Of a stretch of DNA of 44,275 bases, positions 9,437 to 17,069 are shown piece by piece. Each line of letters opens with the position of its first letter. The stretch's first letter is position 1. Both the position numbers and the translations under genes were made by a program. The notes beneath the pieces were generated by a model, which made no database searches, was not told the origin of the DNA, and saw only the letters and a list, made by a program, of their open reading frames with translations. This stretch comes from a virus. Location of the stretch: the IMG/VR virus record IMGVR_UViG_3300031716_000019; one strand, given 5' to 3'.

Positions 9437-10750
9437 ATGAAAATTCTTGTTATCGACCAAATCGGCTTATCGCTCGACTTCATCATGCGGTGCTTGGACT
9501 GCGGGCACGACGTCCGCGCCTGGTTCAAGCCGCGGCCGAATGAGAAGCGCTGTGACATCGCCGACGGCTTCGTGCAGAAAGTCGCTGATTGGCGCGCGCA
9601 CATGGGCTGGGCCGATCTGATCGTGACGACGGACAATTCCTCGCTGATGGAGGAAATGCAGCCTTACCACAAAAAAGGCTATCCGATTTTCGGGTCGAAC
9701 GTCGCCGGCGCCGAGCTCGAGCTGAACCGGCAGAAGGGCCAAGACGTATTCAAGCGTAGCGGGATCAAGGTCATGGATTCCGTCGAGTTCGACGACTACG
9801 ACAAGGCCAAGGACTATGTGCAGAAGAGCATGCTGCGCTACGTGTCGAAGCCGAACGGCGACGTCGACAAGGCGCTGAGCTACGTGTCGAAGTCGCCGCG
9901 CGACATGATCCTGATGCTCGACCGATGGAAGACCGAGAACCCGCAGAACCAAGGTTTCATCCTGCAGCAGTTCCGCGCCGGAATCGAAATGGCCGTCGGC
10001 GGTTGGTTCGGCTCGAAGGGATGGTCGAAGCACTTCCTCGAGAACTTCGAGTTCAAGAAGCTCATGCCGGGGGATAGCGGACCGAATACCGGCGAGCAGG
10101 GCACGGCCATGCGCTACACCGAAAAGTCGAAGCTGGCCGACAAGCTGCTCCTGCCGCTCACAAGCTACTTGCACTCGATCGACTATCGCGGCTATTTCGA
10201 CATGGCCGCGATCATCGACGACGAGGGCACGCCCTGGCCGCTTGAAGCGACGAGCCGGCCGGGCTGGCCGTGCCGGATTATCCAGGATGCGCTGCATGTC
10301 GGCGATCCTGCGCAGTGGATGCTCGACCTGCTGCATGGTGAGGACACGCTTGAAGTGCTCGACGAAATCGCCGTCGGTGTCGTGGTGTCCATTCCGGACT
10401 ACCCGTTCACGCAGTACACGAAGCGGAATTGCACCGGGTACCCGATTTACAACACCGATTACCTCGTGATGGAGGACATTCACTTCTGCGAGGTTAAAAT
10501 GGGCATGGCTCCAAACGAGCGCGACGGCAAGATCGTCTACGAGAGAATGCCGGTTACGTGTGGCGACTACGTTTGCATTGCCTCTGGCACCGACTACACG
10601 GTGACTGGCGCCCAAATGCGCGCCAAGCGCGCAATCAAGAAAATCGAAATTCCAAACAGTCCCGGTTGGCGCGACGATATCGGTGAGCGGCTCAAAGGGC
10701 AGTTGCCCGAGCTCCAGGATAACGGCTACGCGACCGGTTGGAAATACTGA
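9437..10750 (+). CDS. PurD-like ATP-grasp enzyme (phosphoribosylamine-glycine ligase homolog)
   Basis: Collinear similarity to PurD across four blocks: MKILVID N-terminus, IFGSNVAGAELELNRQKG, GDSGPNTGEQG (PurD has DTGPNTGGMG) and GDYVCIASG..AQMRAKRAI..GWRDDIG. Confidence 0.75.
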   Translation: MKILVIDQIGLSLDFIMRCLDCGHDVRAWFKPRPNEKRCDIADGFVQKVADWRAHMGWADLIVTTDNSSLMEEMQPYHKKGYPIFGSNVAGAELELNRQKGQDVFKRSGIKVMDSVEFDDYDKAKDYVQKSMLRYVSKPNGDVDKALSYVSKSPRDMILMLDRWKTENPQNQGFILQQFRAGIEMAVGGWFGSKGWSKHFLENFEFKKLMPGDSGPNTGEQGTAMRYTEKSKLADKLLLPLTSYLHSIDYRGYFDMAAIIDDEGTPWPLEATSRPGWPCRIIQDALHVGDPAQWMLDLLHGEDTLEVLDEIAVGVVVSIPDYPFTQYTKRNCTGYPIYNTDYLVMEDIHFCEVKMGMAPNERDGKIVYERMPVTCGDYVCIASGTDYTVTGAQMRAKRAIKKIEIPNSPGWRDDIGERLKGQLPELQDNGYATGWKY

Positions 10751-11028
10751 TGGGCTCGAAGCTCACCCCGCCGCCAGACTCGCGGACCCCGTTCGCCGAT
10801 CCGGCATGGCAGGGCTGGTTATTTATGGTGTTCAAGCTCTTCGGTAACGGTAACCTGGGCAGTTTCGCGGTAGCAAGCTTGCCAAACAACCCGATCGAAG
10901 GGCAGTTCGCGTACGCGGCGAATGGTCGGAAAGTGGGTGAAGCCGCAGGGGCGGGCACAGGGGTGCCGGTCTATTTCAGCAATGGAGCGTGGCGCGTCTT
11001 CAGTACGGATGCAGCCGTCGCCGTATAG
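10750..11028 (+). CDS. Hypothetical protein (92 aa)
   Basis: ATG at 10750 overlaps the TGA of the ATP-grasp gene, within track ORF 10738..11028. The C-terminal GxxVYFSNGAWRV pattern resembles short conserved phage proteins. Confidence 0.5.
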   Translation: MGSKLTPPPDSRTPFADPAWQGWLFMVFKLFGNGNLGSFAVASLPNNPIEGQFAYAANGRKVGEAAGAGTGVPVYFSNGAWRVFSTDAAVAV

Positions 11029-11043
11029 CGCGGGGGTATTGCC

Positions 11044-11241
11044 GTGGTAGGTAAAAAAGCGCCGTCTGATGTGCTGACGAAAGACGAAGCGAAAGAAGCC
11101 CTGAAAGAAGCCGTGAACGAATGGCTAGAAAAGCAATGGGCTATTTTCGGCAAGTGGTCCGCAGCGGGGGTTCTCTCTCTCGCGATCGCCGCGATGGCTC
11201 ACGCTACACACTTTTCGCTCAAAGGGTTTTTTGAGCGTTGA
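11044..11241 (+). CDS. Small membrane protein, lysis cassette
   Basis: GTG start. One C-terminal hydrophobic helix (WSAAGVLSLAIAAMAHA). It lies directly upstream of the holin/endolysin genes. Confidence 0.4.
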   Translation: MVGKKAPSDVLTKDEAKEALKEAVNEWLEKQWAIFGKWSAAGVLSLAIAAMAHATHFSLKGFFER

Positions 11242-11275
11242 AGGGATTCTGCGCCGGGTATTGATCGAAGAGCTT

Positions 11276-11473
11276 ATGCGAGACGACATGCGCGACTACA
11301 CGACTTGCGCCCTGAAGAACGCATTTCCAATGGGCGCCAATTACTGGCTATGGCTCACGAGCCACGACATAAACTGGTACGTCGCCGCGGCGACGATCGC
11401 GTATATCGGCCTTCAGGCGTTCTATCTCATCAAGAATAAAGGCATGAAAGGGGGTGGAAATGTCAAGCTTTGA
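11276..11473 (+). CDS. Holin-like membrane protein
   Basis: In-frame ATG within track ORF 11231..11473. Hydrophobic segments ANYWLWL and WYVAAATIAYIGLQAFYLI. It overlaps the endolysin start. Confidence 0.5.
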   Translation: MRDDMRDYTTCALKNAFPMGANYWLWLTSHDINWYVAAATIAYIGLQAFYLIKNKGMKGGGNVKL

Positions 11474-11942
11474 CGATGCATTCACGGCGCTTATCGGTAA
11501 CGAAGGCGGCTATTCGTTCAACCCAGCGGACCCTGGCGGCGAAACGATGTGGGGCGTCACGGCGCGCGTCGCGCGTGCGCAGGGCTACGCCGGACCGATG
11601 AAAGACCTGCCGATCGACACGGCGAAGCAGATTGCCAAGAAAGAATACTGGGACGCATACCAGTGCGACCAGTTCGACGCGCGCGTAGGCTTTCAGGTAT
11701 TCGACGCCGCATATAACGGCGGTCACCCTGCGCAGTGGCTTCAACGAGCGGCCGGCGTGACGCCCGACGGCGTTATCGGCGCGCAGACGGTCGCGAAGGT
11801 GCGCTCGTCCGATCCGATGCAGATCATCATGCGCTTTGACGCATACCGGTTGCAGTACCTCGGCAGCTTGTCGGCATGGCCGAGTTTCGGCCGGGGCTGG
11901 GCGAACAGAATAGCGAATAACTTGTTGAGAGGTGCAGTATGA
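11460..11942 (+). CDS. Endolysin, glycoside hydrolase 108-type N-terminal domain plus peptidoglycan-binding domain
   Basis: LIGNEGGYSFNPADPGGETMWGV is the GH108 signature. PDGVIGAQT is a PG-binding repeat. Confidence 0.85.
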   Translation: MSSFDDAFTALIGNEGGYSFNPADPGGETMWGVTARVARAQGYAGPMKDLPIDTAKQIAKKEYWDAYQCDQFDARVGFQVFDAAYNGGHPAQWLQRAAGVTPDGVIGAQTVAKVRSSDPMQIIMRFDAYRLQYLGSLSAWPSFGRGWANRIANNLLRGAV

Positions 11943-12496
11943 GCGCATGGACCGATGCACTGAATGTCGTAGAGAACCTCGCGCCGACGATCGCGACGGC
12001 GTTGGGTGGCCCGCTCGCAGGTGGCGCGGTGACTGCGCTCGAGCACGTATTCGGGCTTACGCCCACACCGAACGCTTCGACCGCAGACCGGCAAAATGCG
12101 ATCGCTGATTCGATCAGTAGCGCAACACCGGAGCAGTTGGCCGCGGTGCGTAAAGCCGACCAGGATTACGCGCTCGCTATGGCGGCGGCCGGGTTCAAGG
12201 ACACCGAAACCTTGGCGTCGCTCGCTGTGCAGGATCGCGCAAGCGCGCGTGAGATGCAGATCAGCACGAAAAGTCTGACAGCACCGTTTCTGGCGCTCTT
12301 CGTTACGCTCGGGTTCTTCGGCGTGCTAGCCGTTATGATGTTCTACAACTTGCCGCAAGCGACGCACGACGCGCTTATGCTGATGCTGGGCTCGCTCGGC
12401 ACGGCTTGGACTGGGGTCATTGCGTACTACTTCGGCAGCTCGGCCGGTAGCGACCGCAAGACCGAGCTGCTCGCGAAGCCGTCGTCGGGTCAGTGA
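11939..12496 (+). CDS. Holin, 3-TM (DUF3154 / GTA-holin-like) family
   Basis: ATGA overlap with the endolysin gene. The C-terminal TM cluster LTAPFLALFVTLGFFGVLAVMMF..LMLMLGSLGTAWTGVIAYYFGSS is typical of this family. Confidence 0.65.
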   Translation: MSAWTDALNVVENLAPTIATALGGPLAGGAVTALEHVFGLTPTPNASTADRQNAIADSISSATPEQLAAVRKADQDYALAMAAAGFKDTETLASLAVQDRASAREMQISTKSLTAPFLALFVTLGFFGVLAVMMFYNLPQATHDALMLMLGSLGTAWTGVIAYYFGSSAGSDRKTELLAKPSSGQ

Positions 12497-12657
12497 CCTT
12501 CACACGGCGGCATGCCGAGTGCGCGGCGCGCTTCGTCGCGCACTTCCTTCGTCACGGCATGGCCGAGGTCTTCCGGGTTGAGCAGGCGCTTGATGAAGTC
12601 TGTCATCGCGACGATCGCCCCGACATTCGTGCGGCGCACAACCGTGGGTTCAGCCAT
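12490..12657 (-). CDS. Hypothetical 55-aa protein
   Basis: Hand translation: MAEPTVVRRTNVGAIVAMTDFIKRLLNPEDLGHAVTKEVRDEARRALGMPPCEGH. It starts 5 nt after the SNF2 stop. No homology is recognised. Confidence 0.3.
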   Translation of the reverse strand: MAEPTVVRRTNVGAIVAMTDFIKRLLNPEDLGHAVTKEVRDEARRALGMPPCEGH

Positions 12658-12662
12658 ACCGT

Positions 12663-14060
12663 TCATGCTGCTTTCCTTTTCATGGCGTTGAGCAAAATGT
12701 CCTGCACGTCACGCTTCGTGTCGAGCCGCTCAAGTACGAGCTCGTCAACCGTCGCGCGCGCGACAATCCGGTAAATCCAAGTGGGCCGATCGTGCCCGGC
12801 CTGCTTCTGCCGCACCGGTCCGATCCGCTCGATTATCTGCTGGTGCTCTTCGAGATTCCAGTTCAGGCCGAAGAACACGAGAATGTTGCCGCCGTCCTGA
12901 AGGTTCAACCCGTGCCCTGCGCTTGCAGGATGGGTGAACAGAATCGGGATCTTGCCGACGTTCCAGTCGCGGATCGTCTGCGGGTTTTGATCCAGCACTC
13001 GGCCTTTCGGAAAGGCCTTCGTGAGTCGTGCGAGGTCCGACTTGAAGTTATAGGCGACAAGCACCGGCATACCTGCCGCTTCTTCGACAATGTCCTCGAG
13101 CGCTTGGATTTTCACATCGTGAACCTCCTTCCAGGCGCCGTCATCGTCAGTGTAGACGGCGCCGTTGGCGAGCTGTAGGCACTTCATCGTCCGGCTCGCT
13201 GCGTTGAACGCCTCGACCTCGCTGCCGTCGATTTCCATGAACATTTCGCGCTCAAACTTCCGATAAAGCGCGCGCACCGCCCCCGGCAGTTCGACTTCGA
13301 CATTGCGCACGATCGGCTCGTCAAGGTCGAACCAGTCGCGCGGATCGAGTGTCAGGCAAATGTCGCGCAGCCGGTCCTGGATCTCGGTCTGGGCATGCGC
13401 GAGCGGCCGGATGTTCTGGTAGCCTTGTGCCCCGGGTATCGACTGGAACCAGCGCTGTTGGAACGCATTGAACGAGCGGCCGAGGCGCTCGCCGCCGTCC
13501 AGAAACCACGTTTGGCCCCACAAGTCCTTCAGGCCATTCGGCGCGGGCGTGCCGGTGAGGTTGATCCAGCGATGCACCTTCTTGCGCGCGACCTCGGCCA
13601 GTGCCTGCGCGCGCTGCGTGCCCTGCCGCGTGCGGTAGCCTTTGAGCTTCGTCGATTCGTCGGCGACGACCGTGCCGAATGGCCAGGGCCGCGGGTTGTG
13701 CTTGAACCAGTCGACCAGCCATGGAATGTTCTCATAATTGATCGTGAAGATTGGCGCGTCTCGATTCAGCGCTGTCGCGCGCTGCGATGCGCTGCCGAGG
13801 ATCGGCACGACTTCCATGCCGCGCAGGTGCTCCCACTTCGCCGCTTCGTCCGGCCAAGTCGATTGCGCGACGCGCAGCGGGGCGATGACCAGTGTCGGCA
13901 TCGACTCGGCCCCGATGAAGTACAGGTCGTCGAGCGCGCTCAATGTGCTGCAACTTTTCCCCATACCCATCCCAGCCCACACCCCAGCCCTATCGTGTGC
14001 GTGGATATGGTCAATGATGTGTGACTGGTATTCATAGGGCTTGAAAACTCTGCGCGTCAT
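12663..14060 (-). CDS. SNF2-family DNA helicase
   Basis: Walker A GMGMGKS, DEAD-like VVADEST and helicase C motifs (FTHPASAGHGLNLQ) are present. Confidence 0.9.
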   Translation of the reverse strand: MTRRVFKPYEYQSHIIDHIHAHDRAGVWAGMGMGKSCSTLSALDDLYFIGAESMPTLVIAPLRVAQSTWPDEAAKWEHLRGMEVVPILGSASQRATALNRDAPIFTINYENIPWLVDWFKHNPRPWPFGTVVADESTKLKGYRTRQGTQRAQALAEVARKKVHRWINLTGTPAPNGLKDLWGQTWFLDGGERLGRSFNAFQQRWFQSIPGAQGYQNIRPLAHAQTEIQDRLRDICLTLDPRDWFDLDEPIVRNVEVELPGAVRALYRKFEREMFMEIDGSEVEAFNAASRTMKCLQLANGAVYTDDDGAWKEVHDVKIQALEDIVEEAAGMPVLVAYNFKSDLARLTKAFPKGRVLDQNPQTIRDWNVGKIPILFTHPASAGHGLNLQDGGNILVFFGLNWNLEEHQQIIERIGPVRQKQAGHDRPTWIYRIVARATVDELVLERLDTKRDVQDILLNAMKRKAA

Positions 14061-14569
14061 TTTTTGCCTTTCTGAAGTTCCGCCCGGTGGTGCGCGATAT
14101 GATCGCTTTGCGTCATGACCTCAAGATTTTCCGGTCGGTTATCGCGTTTGTTACCGTTCTTGTGGTGCACGATTTCTTTCGAGGACAGCGGGCGCCCTAG
14201 CATCTGCTCAGCAACTGCTCGGTGTTCGTGACGCTGCCCGACCTTGCGATAGGATTTTCCGGCGCCACGATCGCGCAATGCGGAACCGTCGTTCATTCTG
14301 GCGCGGCGAGCCTGCTCTTCGGCGCTAAATAGGCGCGTATGGTGCCCCCACACGAAAATGTAATTGGTGCGTTCGCCACAACCACAAGCGCATAGATTGG
14401 CCGAAATGAGCGCGTTTTTCGTTCTCGCCTGTTTGTAATGCCGATTGCACAAACCCCTCGCATGAACGACAGCGTCGCAATCGGTTTTCGAACATTTCTC
14501 GTGTGTGCCCATTTTGTGCCCTTGTCGTTTCCGAGCCTTCGCGGTTCGCGCCCTCTGTTGACAGTCCAA
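14057..14569 (-). CDS. HNH homing endonuclease
   Basis: The motif HHKNGNKRDNRPENLEVMTQSDHIAHH is an HNH motif. There is an N-terminal GLCNRHY Cys/His element. It overlaps the SNF2 start by 4 nt. The start may instead be ATG 14512. Confidence 0.85.
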   Translation of the reverse strand: MDCQQRARTAKARKRQGHKMGTHEKCSKTDCDAVVHARGLCNRHYKQARTKNALISANLCACGCGERTNYIFVWGHHTRLFSAEEQARRARMNDGSALRDRGAGKSYRKVGQRHEHRAVAEQMLGRPLSSKEIVHHKNGNKRDNRPENLEVMTQSDHIAHHRAELQKGKK

Positions 14570-14653
14570 TCGCGACCGGCGCGGACTGTTTAAATGACGC
14601 TCAGCCTTATCTGGTAAGGCTTTGCGCCCATACTTTGCTTATTTAGGATCGCA

Positions 14654-14712
14654 CTCGAAATCCGGTGTACGGTTATACCGTACCGTGGGTTCGAATCCCA
14701 CCCTTTCCGCCA
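14654..14712 (+). other. attP core candidate: 3' ~59 nt of a tRNA-Ser(CGA) gene
   Basis: The following elements are present: anticodon loop CTCGAAA, long variable arm GTACGG-TTATA-CCGTAC, T-arm GTGGG-TTCGAAT-CCCAC, acceptor 3' strand and CCA. No D-arm and no proper 5' acceptor lie upstream. The site is 32 nt from the integrase stop. Confidence 0.7.
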
Positions 14713-14743
14713 AGACCCTTATGCAGCAAGCGCCAAGGCCGGT

Positions 14744-15799
14744 TCACCCGACCTTTTTGTTGCCTGCGCCCACCAGATCCGGTGTAGGTTGCGACCAAAT
14801 TGTGCCCAACGCATCGGCGTGCACCGCGAGGTGGTCCGGCGCCAAATGTGCGTAGCGCAGCACCATTTCGTAGCTCGCCCAGCCACCCAGTTCCATCAGG
14901 CGATTCAGAGGCGTGCCCTGCTGCACGTGCCAGCTCGCCCACGTGTGCCGGACATCGTGAAAGCGAAAGTTCTCGATGCCGGCCCGCTGGCAGGCCGCTT
15001 TCCACTGCGCCGCATCCCACTCGTCGAGGAGCTTGCCGTTGCGCGTGAACACGCGCGTCTGGTGCTTGCCCAACTGACGCCGGATCACCGCCACGGCCGT
15101 GTCGTTCAGCGGTACGCCGATCGGTTTGCGCGCCTTCGCCTGATCGGGGTGAATCCAGACCCGGCGCTTGGCCAGATCGACCTGGCTCCACTCGAGCCCG
15201 AGGATGTTCGCCTGGCGGAGCCCCGACATAAAGCCGAACTCCGTCGCGTCGCGCATCCAGTCCGTGTTGATGGCGGCCAGCAGGCGCTGCGCTTCGGTCG
15301 GGGCGAGCCAGCGAATGCGCTTGCTGGGCTCAGGCAAGTCCTCAAGCTTCGGGGCGCGGTCGAGCCACTCCCACGGTCCCGCCGCGTCGTTGAGCATCGC
15401 GCGGATCGTGGCGAGATAGCGGTTGCGCGTGCTATTCGACACGGCGCGTGCCTTGCCGGTGCGCTGGTCCTGCTCTGGCAGTGACGTCAAAATCTCGTCC
15501 CGCGTGATGCTCGAAAGATCGCGGGCACCGAACTTCGCCTCAAACCACATCAAGTGGCGTTCTTTGCTCTCGTAGTCGGCCCGGTGGGCCTCCTGCTTCA
15601 GGTAGCGCATGCAGGCTTCCTTGAACGAGTGCTTGGGTTTATCTCCGAGCTTCGCAGTCCGCCACAGGTCATGCTTCAACTTGTCGTGATACTCCTGCGC
15701 CGCCTTTCGGTCCGCTGTTTCCGTAGAGCGTCGAATTCGCTCTCCGCTTGGCGTGCGGATGTCAACATAGTATGTATCACCGCGCTTTCGGATTGACAT
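14744..15799 (-). CDS. int: Tyrosine integrase
   Basis: The C-terminal catalytic block HDVRHTWASWHVQQG..LGGWASYEMVLRYAHL is present. It is adjacent to the tRNA fragment. Confidence 0.95.
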   Translation of the reverse strand: MSIRKRGDTYYVDIRTPSGERIRRSTETADRKAAQEYHDKLKHDLWRTAKLGDKPKHSFKEACMRYLKQEAHRADYESKERHLMWFEAKFGARDLSSITRDEILTSLPEQDQRTGKARAVSNSTRNRYLATIRAMLNDAAGPWEWLDRAPKLEDLPEPSKRIRWLAPTEAQRLLAAINTDWMRDATEFGFMSGLRQANILGLEWSQVDLAKRRVWIHPDQAKARKPIGVPLNDTAVAVIRRQLGKHQTRVFTRNGKLLDEWDAAQWKAACQRAGIENFRFHDVRHTWASWHVQQGTPLNRLMELGGWASYEMVLRYAHLAPDHLAVHADALGTIWSQPTPDLVGAGNKKVG

Positions 15800-16005
15800 G
15801 AGGATTGCTCCAGTTCTTCCTGCCTTGGGTGTGCAGCATTATATAGCAATTGCGAAACGCTGTGCAAGGTATGCGGCCATACCCGCCACTGCGAGCCGAC
15901 TTGGAAAAAGCCGAGCTTCTCGCGATGCCGGCAGACCGTCTCGTAACTGACCCCGAGCAGGGCGGCCGCTTCCTTCAGGCTCAGTGCGCGCTCGCTAGTT
16001 GTCAT
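15676..16005 (-). CDS. xis: Excisionase-type (MerR-like) HTH protein
   Basis: LSLKEAAALLGVSYETVCRHREKLGFFQVGSQWRV matches the excisionase-family DNA-binding domain. The ORF tail overlaps the int start by 124 nt. Confidence 0.65.
   Translation of the reverse strand: MTTSERALSLKEAAALLGVSYETVCRHREKLGFFQVGSQWRVWPHTLHSVSQLLYNAAHPRQEELEQSSCQSESAVIHTMLTSARQAESEFDALRKQRTERRRRSITTS
15840..15867 (-). promoter_or_regulatory. P_int candidate (TTGCAC-N16-TATATA) with conserved spacer element
   Basis: -35 is the reverse complement of 15862-15867 and -10 the reverse complement of 15840-15845. The spacer holds TTTCGCAATTGC (15846-15857). GGAG lies 8 nt before the int ATG. Confidence 0.5.
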
Positions 16006-16123
16006 CGCGCACACCCCACGACATAAGCGCAGTCAACTCGCGCATTGCCTGCTGAATCAGCACAAACCACAACGCGAGCAGAGCAACGATCAGCGCGCCC
16101 CACACCCAGAGCCAGATCAGCAT
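15995..16123 (-). CDS. 42-aa membrane peptide
   Basis: Hand translation: MLIWLWVWGALIVALLALWFVLIQQAMRELTALMSWGVRDDN. ATGCTGA overlap with the VRR-NUC stop. Confidence 0.4.
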   Translation of the reverse strand: MLIWLWVWGALIVALLALWFVLIQQAMRELTALMSWGVRDDN

Positions 16124-16395
16124 GCCACTTCCCCAATGAATTTATCCACGCCTTCACACGTATCGATCACGCGCACGTTGCAGCCCATCTCGCGCAGCCG
16201 TTGGTGCTCGCGCACTTGGCCGATGCGCGGCGTCGCCCCCGGTTTCTTCAACTCCACGAAGAACACACGGCCGGGGCGAAAGATCACGAGCCGGTCCGTC
16301 GCATTACGCCGGCCGACGTAGGCGAGCTTGCGCTGCTCACCCCCGGCGGCTTCTACTCGCTTGATGAAGTACGCTTCGACGTTGCGCTCAAGCAT
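16117..16395 (-). CDS. VRR-NUC domain nuclease
   Basis: KRVEAAGGEQRKL..DRLVIFRPGRVFFVELKKPG..QVREHQRL matches the VRR-NUC PD-(D/E)XK pattern. The start is taken at MLERN (16395). The track ORF extends to 16443. Confidence 0.8.
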   Translation of the reverse strand: MLERNVEAYFIKRVEAAGGEQRKLAYVGRRNATDRLVIFRPGRVFFVELKKPGATPRIGQVREHQRLREMGCNVRVIDTCEGVDKFIGEVAC

Positions 16396-16834
16396 CTTTG
16401 GTGCTCGTAGTGGCGGCGCGGTCGATGCGCTCGATTTCGGCAAGGATCAGGGCGCCGGCTTTGATGAGGTTGCGGCGCGGAGTTGTCGGCTTCCACCGTT
16501 CTAGTAACCACGGCCATATGTTCGCGCTCGCCTCGCCGCGAGCCGCGTGATACGCGTAGCAAACGGCTGCCATTACGAGTTCGGATTGCGCGTACCCATC
16601 GTCATGCTTGGGCGTCCAGCCTTCCGCCGTCACCTGTCGCGCGCGCTCGGCGAGTACGTCGCGCGCTGCCTGTGTCTGCCGCTCATCCACGCTGACCGGA
16701 GCGGCGGCGAGAAGGGCGCGAAGCTCCTGCTCATACTCCCAAGTCAGGTGGGTGCCATCGTATCTATCGGCTGACACTTCCTCGGAAGTTTGGATTGCCC
16801 ACTCGATTGCTACACGCTGCTTGTCATTCAGCAT
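16388..16834 (-). CDS. Conserved phage protein (helical, NTP-pyrophosphohydrolase-like resemblance, tentative)
   Basis: ORF track. The C-terminal WPW..WKP..RRNLIKAGALILAEIERIDR pattern recurs in phage proteins. Function is unverified. Confidence 0.5.
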   Translation of the reverse strand: MLNDKQRVAIEWAIQTSEEVSADRYDGTHLTWEYEQELRALLAAAPVSVDERQTQAARDVLAERARQVTAEGWTPKHDDGYAQSELVMAAVCYAYHAARGEASANIWPWLLERWKPTTPRRNLIKAGALILAEIERIDRAATTSTKDA

Positions 16835-16836
16835 AT

Positions 16837-16850
16837 TTAGGACTCCTTAA
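16837..16850. repeat. Dyad element copy A2 (TTAGGACTCCTTAA, imperfect)
   Basis: It lies between the TAA of 16847..17023 and ATG 16834, and doubles as SD AAGGAG on the - strand. Confidence 0.6.
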
Positions 16851-17023
16851 CGCCGAGCGTTGATCGAAAGGTCGAGCAGCTGCTGATCGATGCGTCCGAT
16901 CCGCGCGACCAAGTGCTTTTCGAGCAGCTGGCCGTTCACCCGCTCCTGGTACACGTGTTCAAGCTGCTGGCGCAGTGCATGGCGTTTCCGGTCAAGTACG
17001 AATCGCTTCAGTAATGTTTTCAT
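16847..17023 (-). CDS. 58-aa coiled-coil protein
   Basis: Hand translation: MKTLLKRFVLDRKRHALRQQLEHVYQERVNGQLLEKHLVARIGRIDQQLLDLSINARR. A promoter lies at 17042-17069. Confidence 0.5.
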   Translation of the reverse strand: MKTLLKRFVLDRKRHALRQQLEHVYQERVNGQLLEKHLVARIGRIDQQLLDLSINARR

Positions 17024-17041
17024 TGGGTGCCTCTCAGGTTT

Positions 17042-17069
17042 ATTATAGCAACAGCGAAATATAAATCAA
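17042..17069 (-). promoter_or_regulatory. Sigma70-like promoter (TTGATT-N16-TATAAT) with variant spacer element
   Basis: -10 is the reverse complement of 17042-17047 and -35 the reverse complement of 17064-17069, overlapping the polymerase stop. The spacer holds TTTCGCTGTTGC. Confidence 0.5.

Noticed and set aside
14613-14712. Possible complete tRNA gene (GGTAAGG at 14613 could pair 6/7 with the acceptor 3' strand).
   Set aside because: The 29 nt between it and the anticodon stem are too long. They contain no D-arm and no conserved GG. The anticodon stem has a mismatch. It is best read as a 3' tRNA-Ser fragment serving as attP.
15870-16025. 51-aa + strand ORF starting right after the spacer-element motif inside xis.
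   Set aside because: The motif reads as a - strand promoter for int. The + strand ORF is antisense to xis and has no SD or recognisable features.
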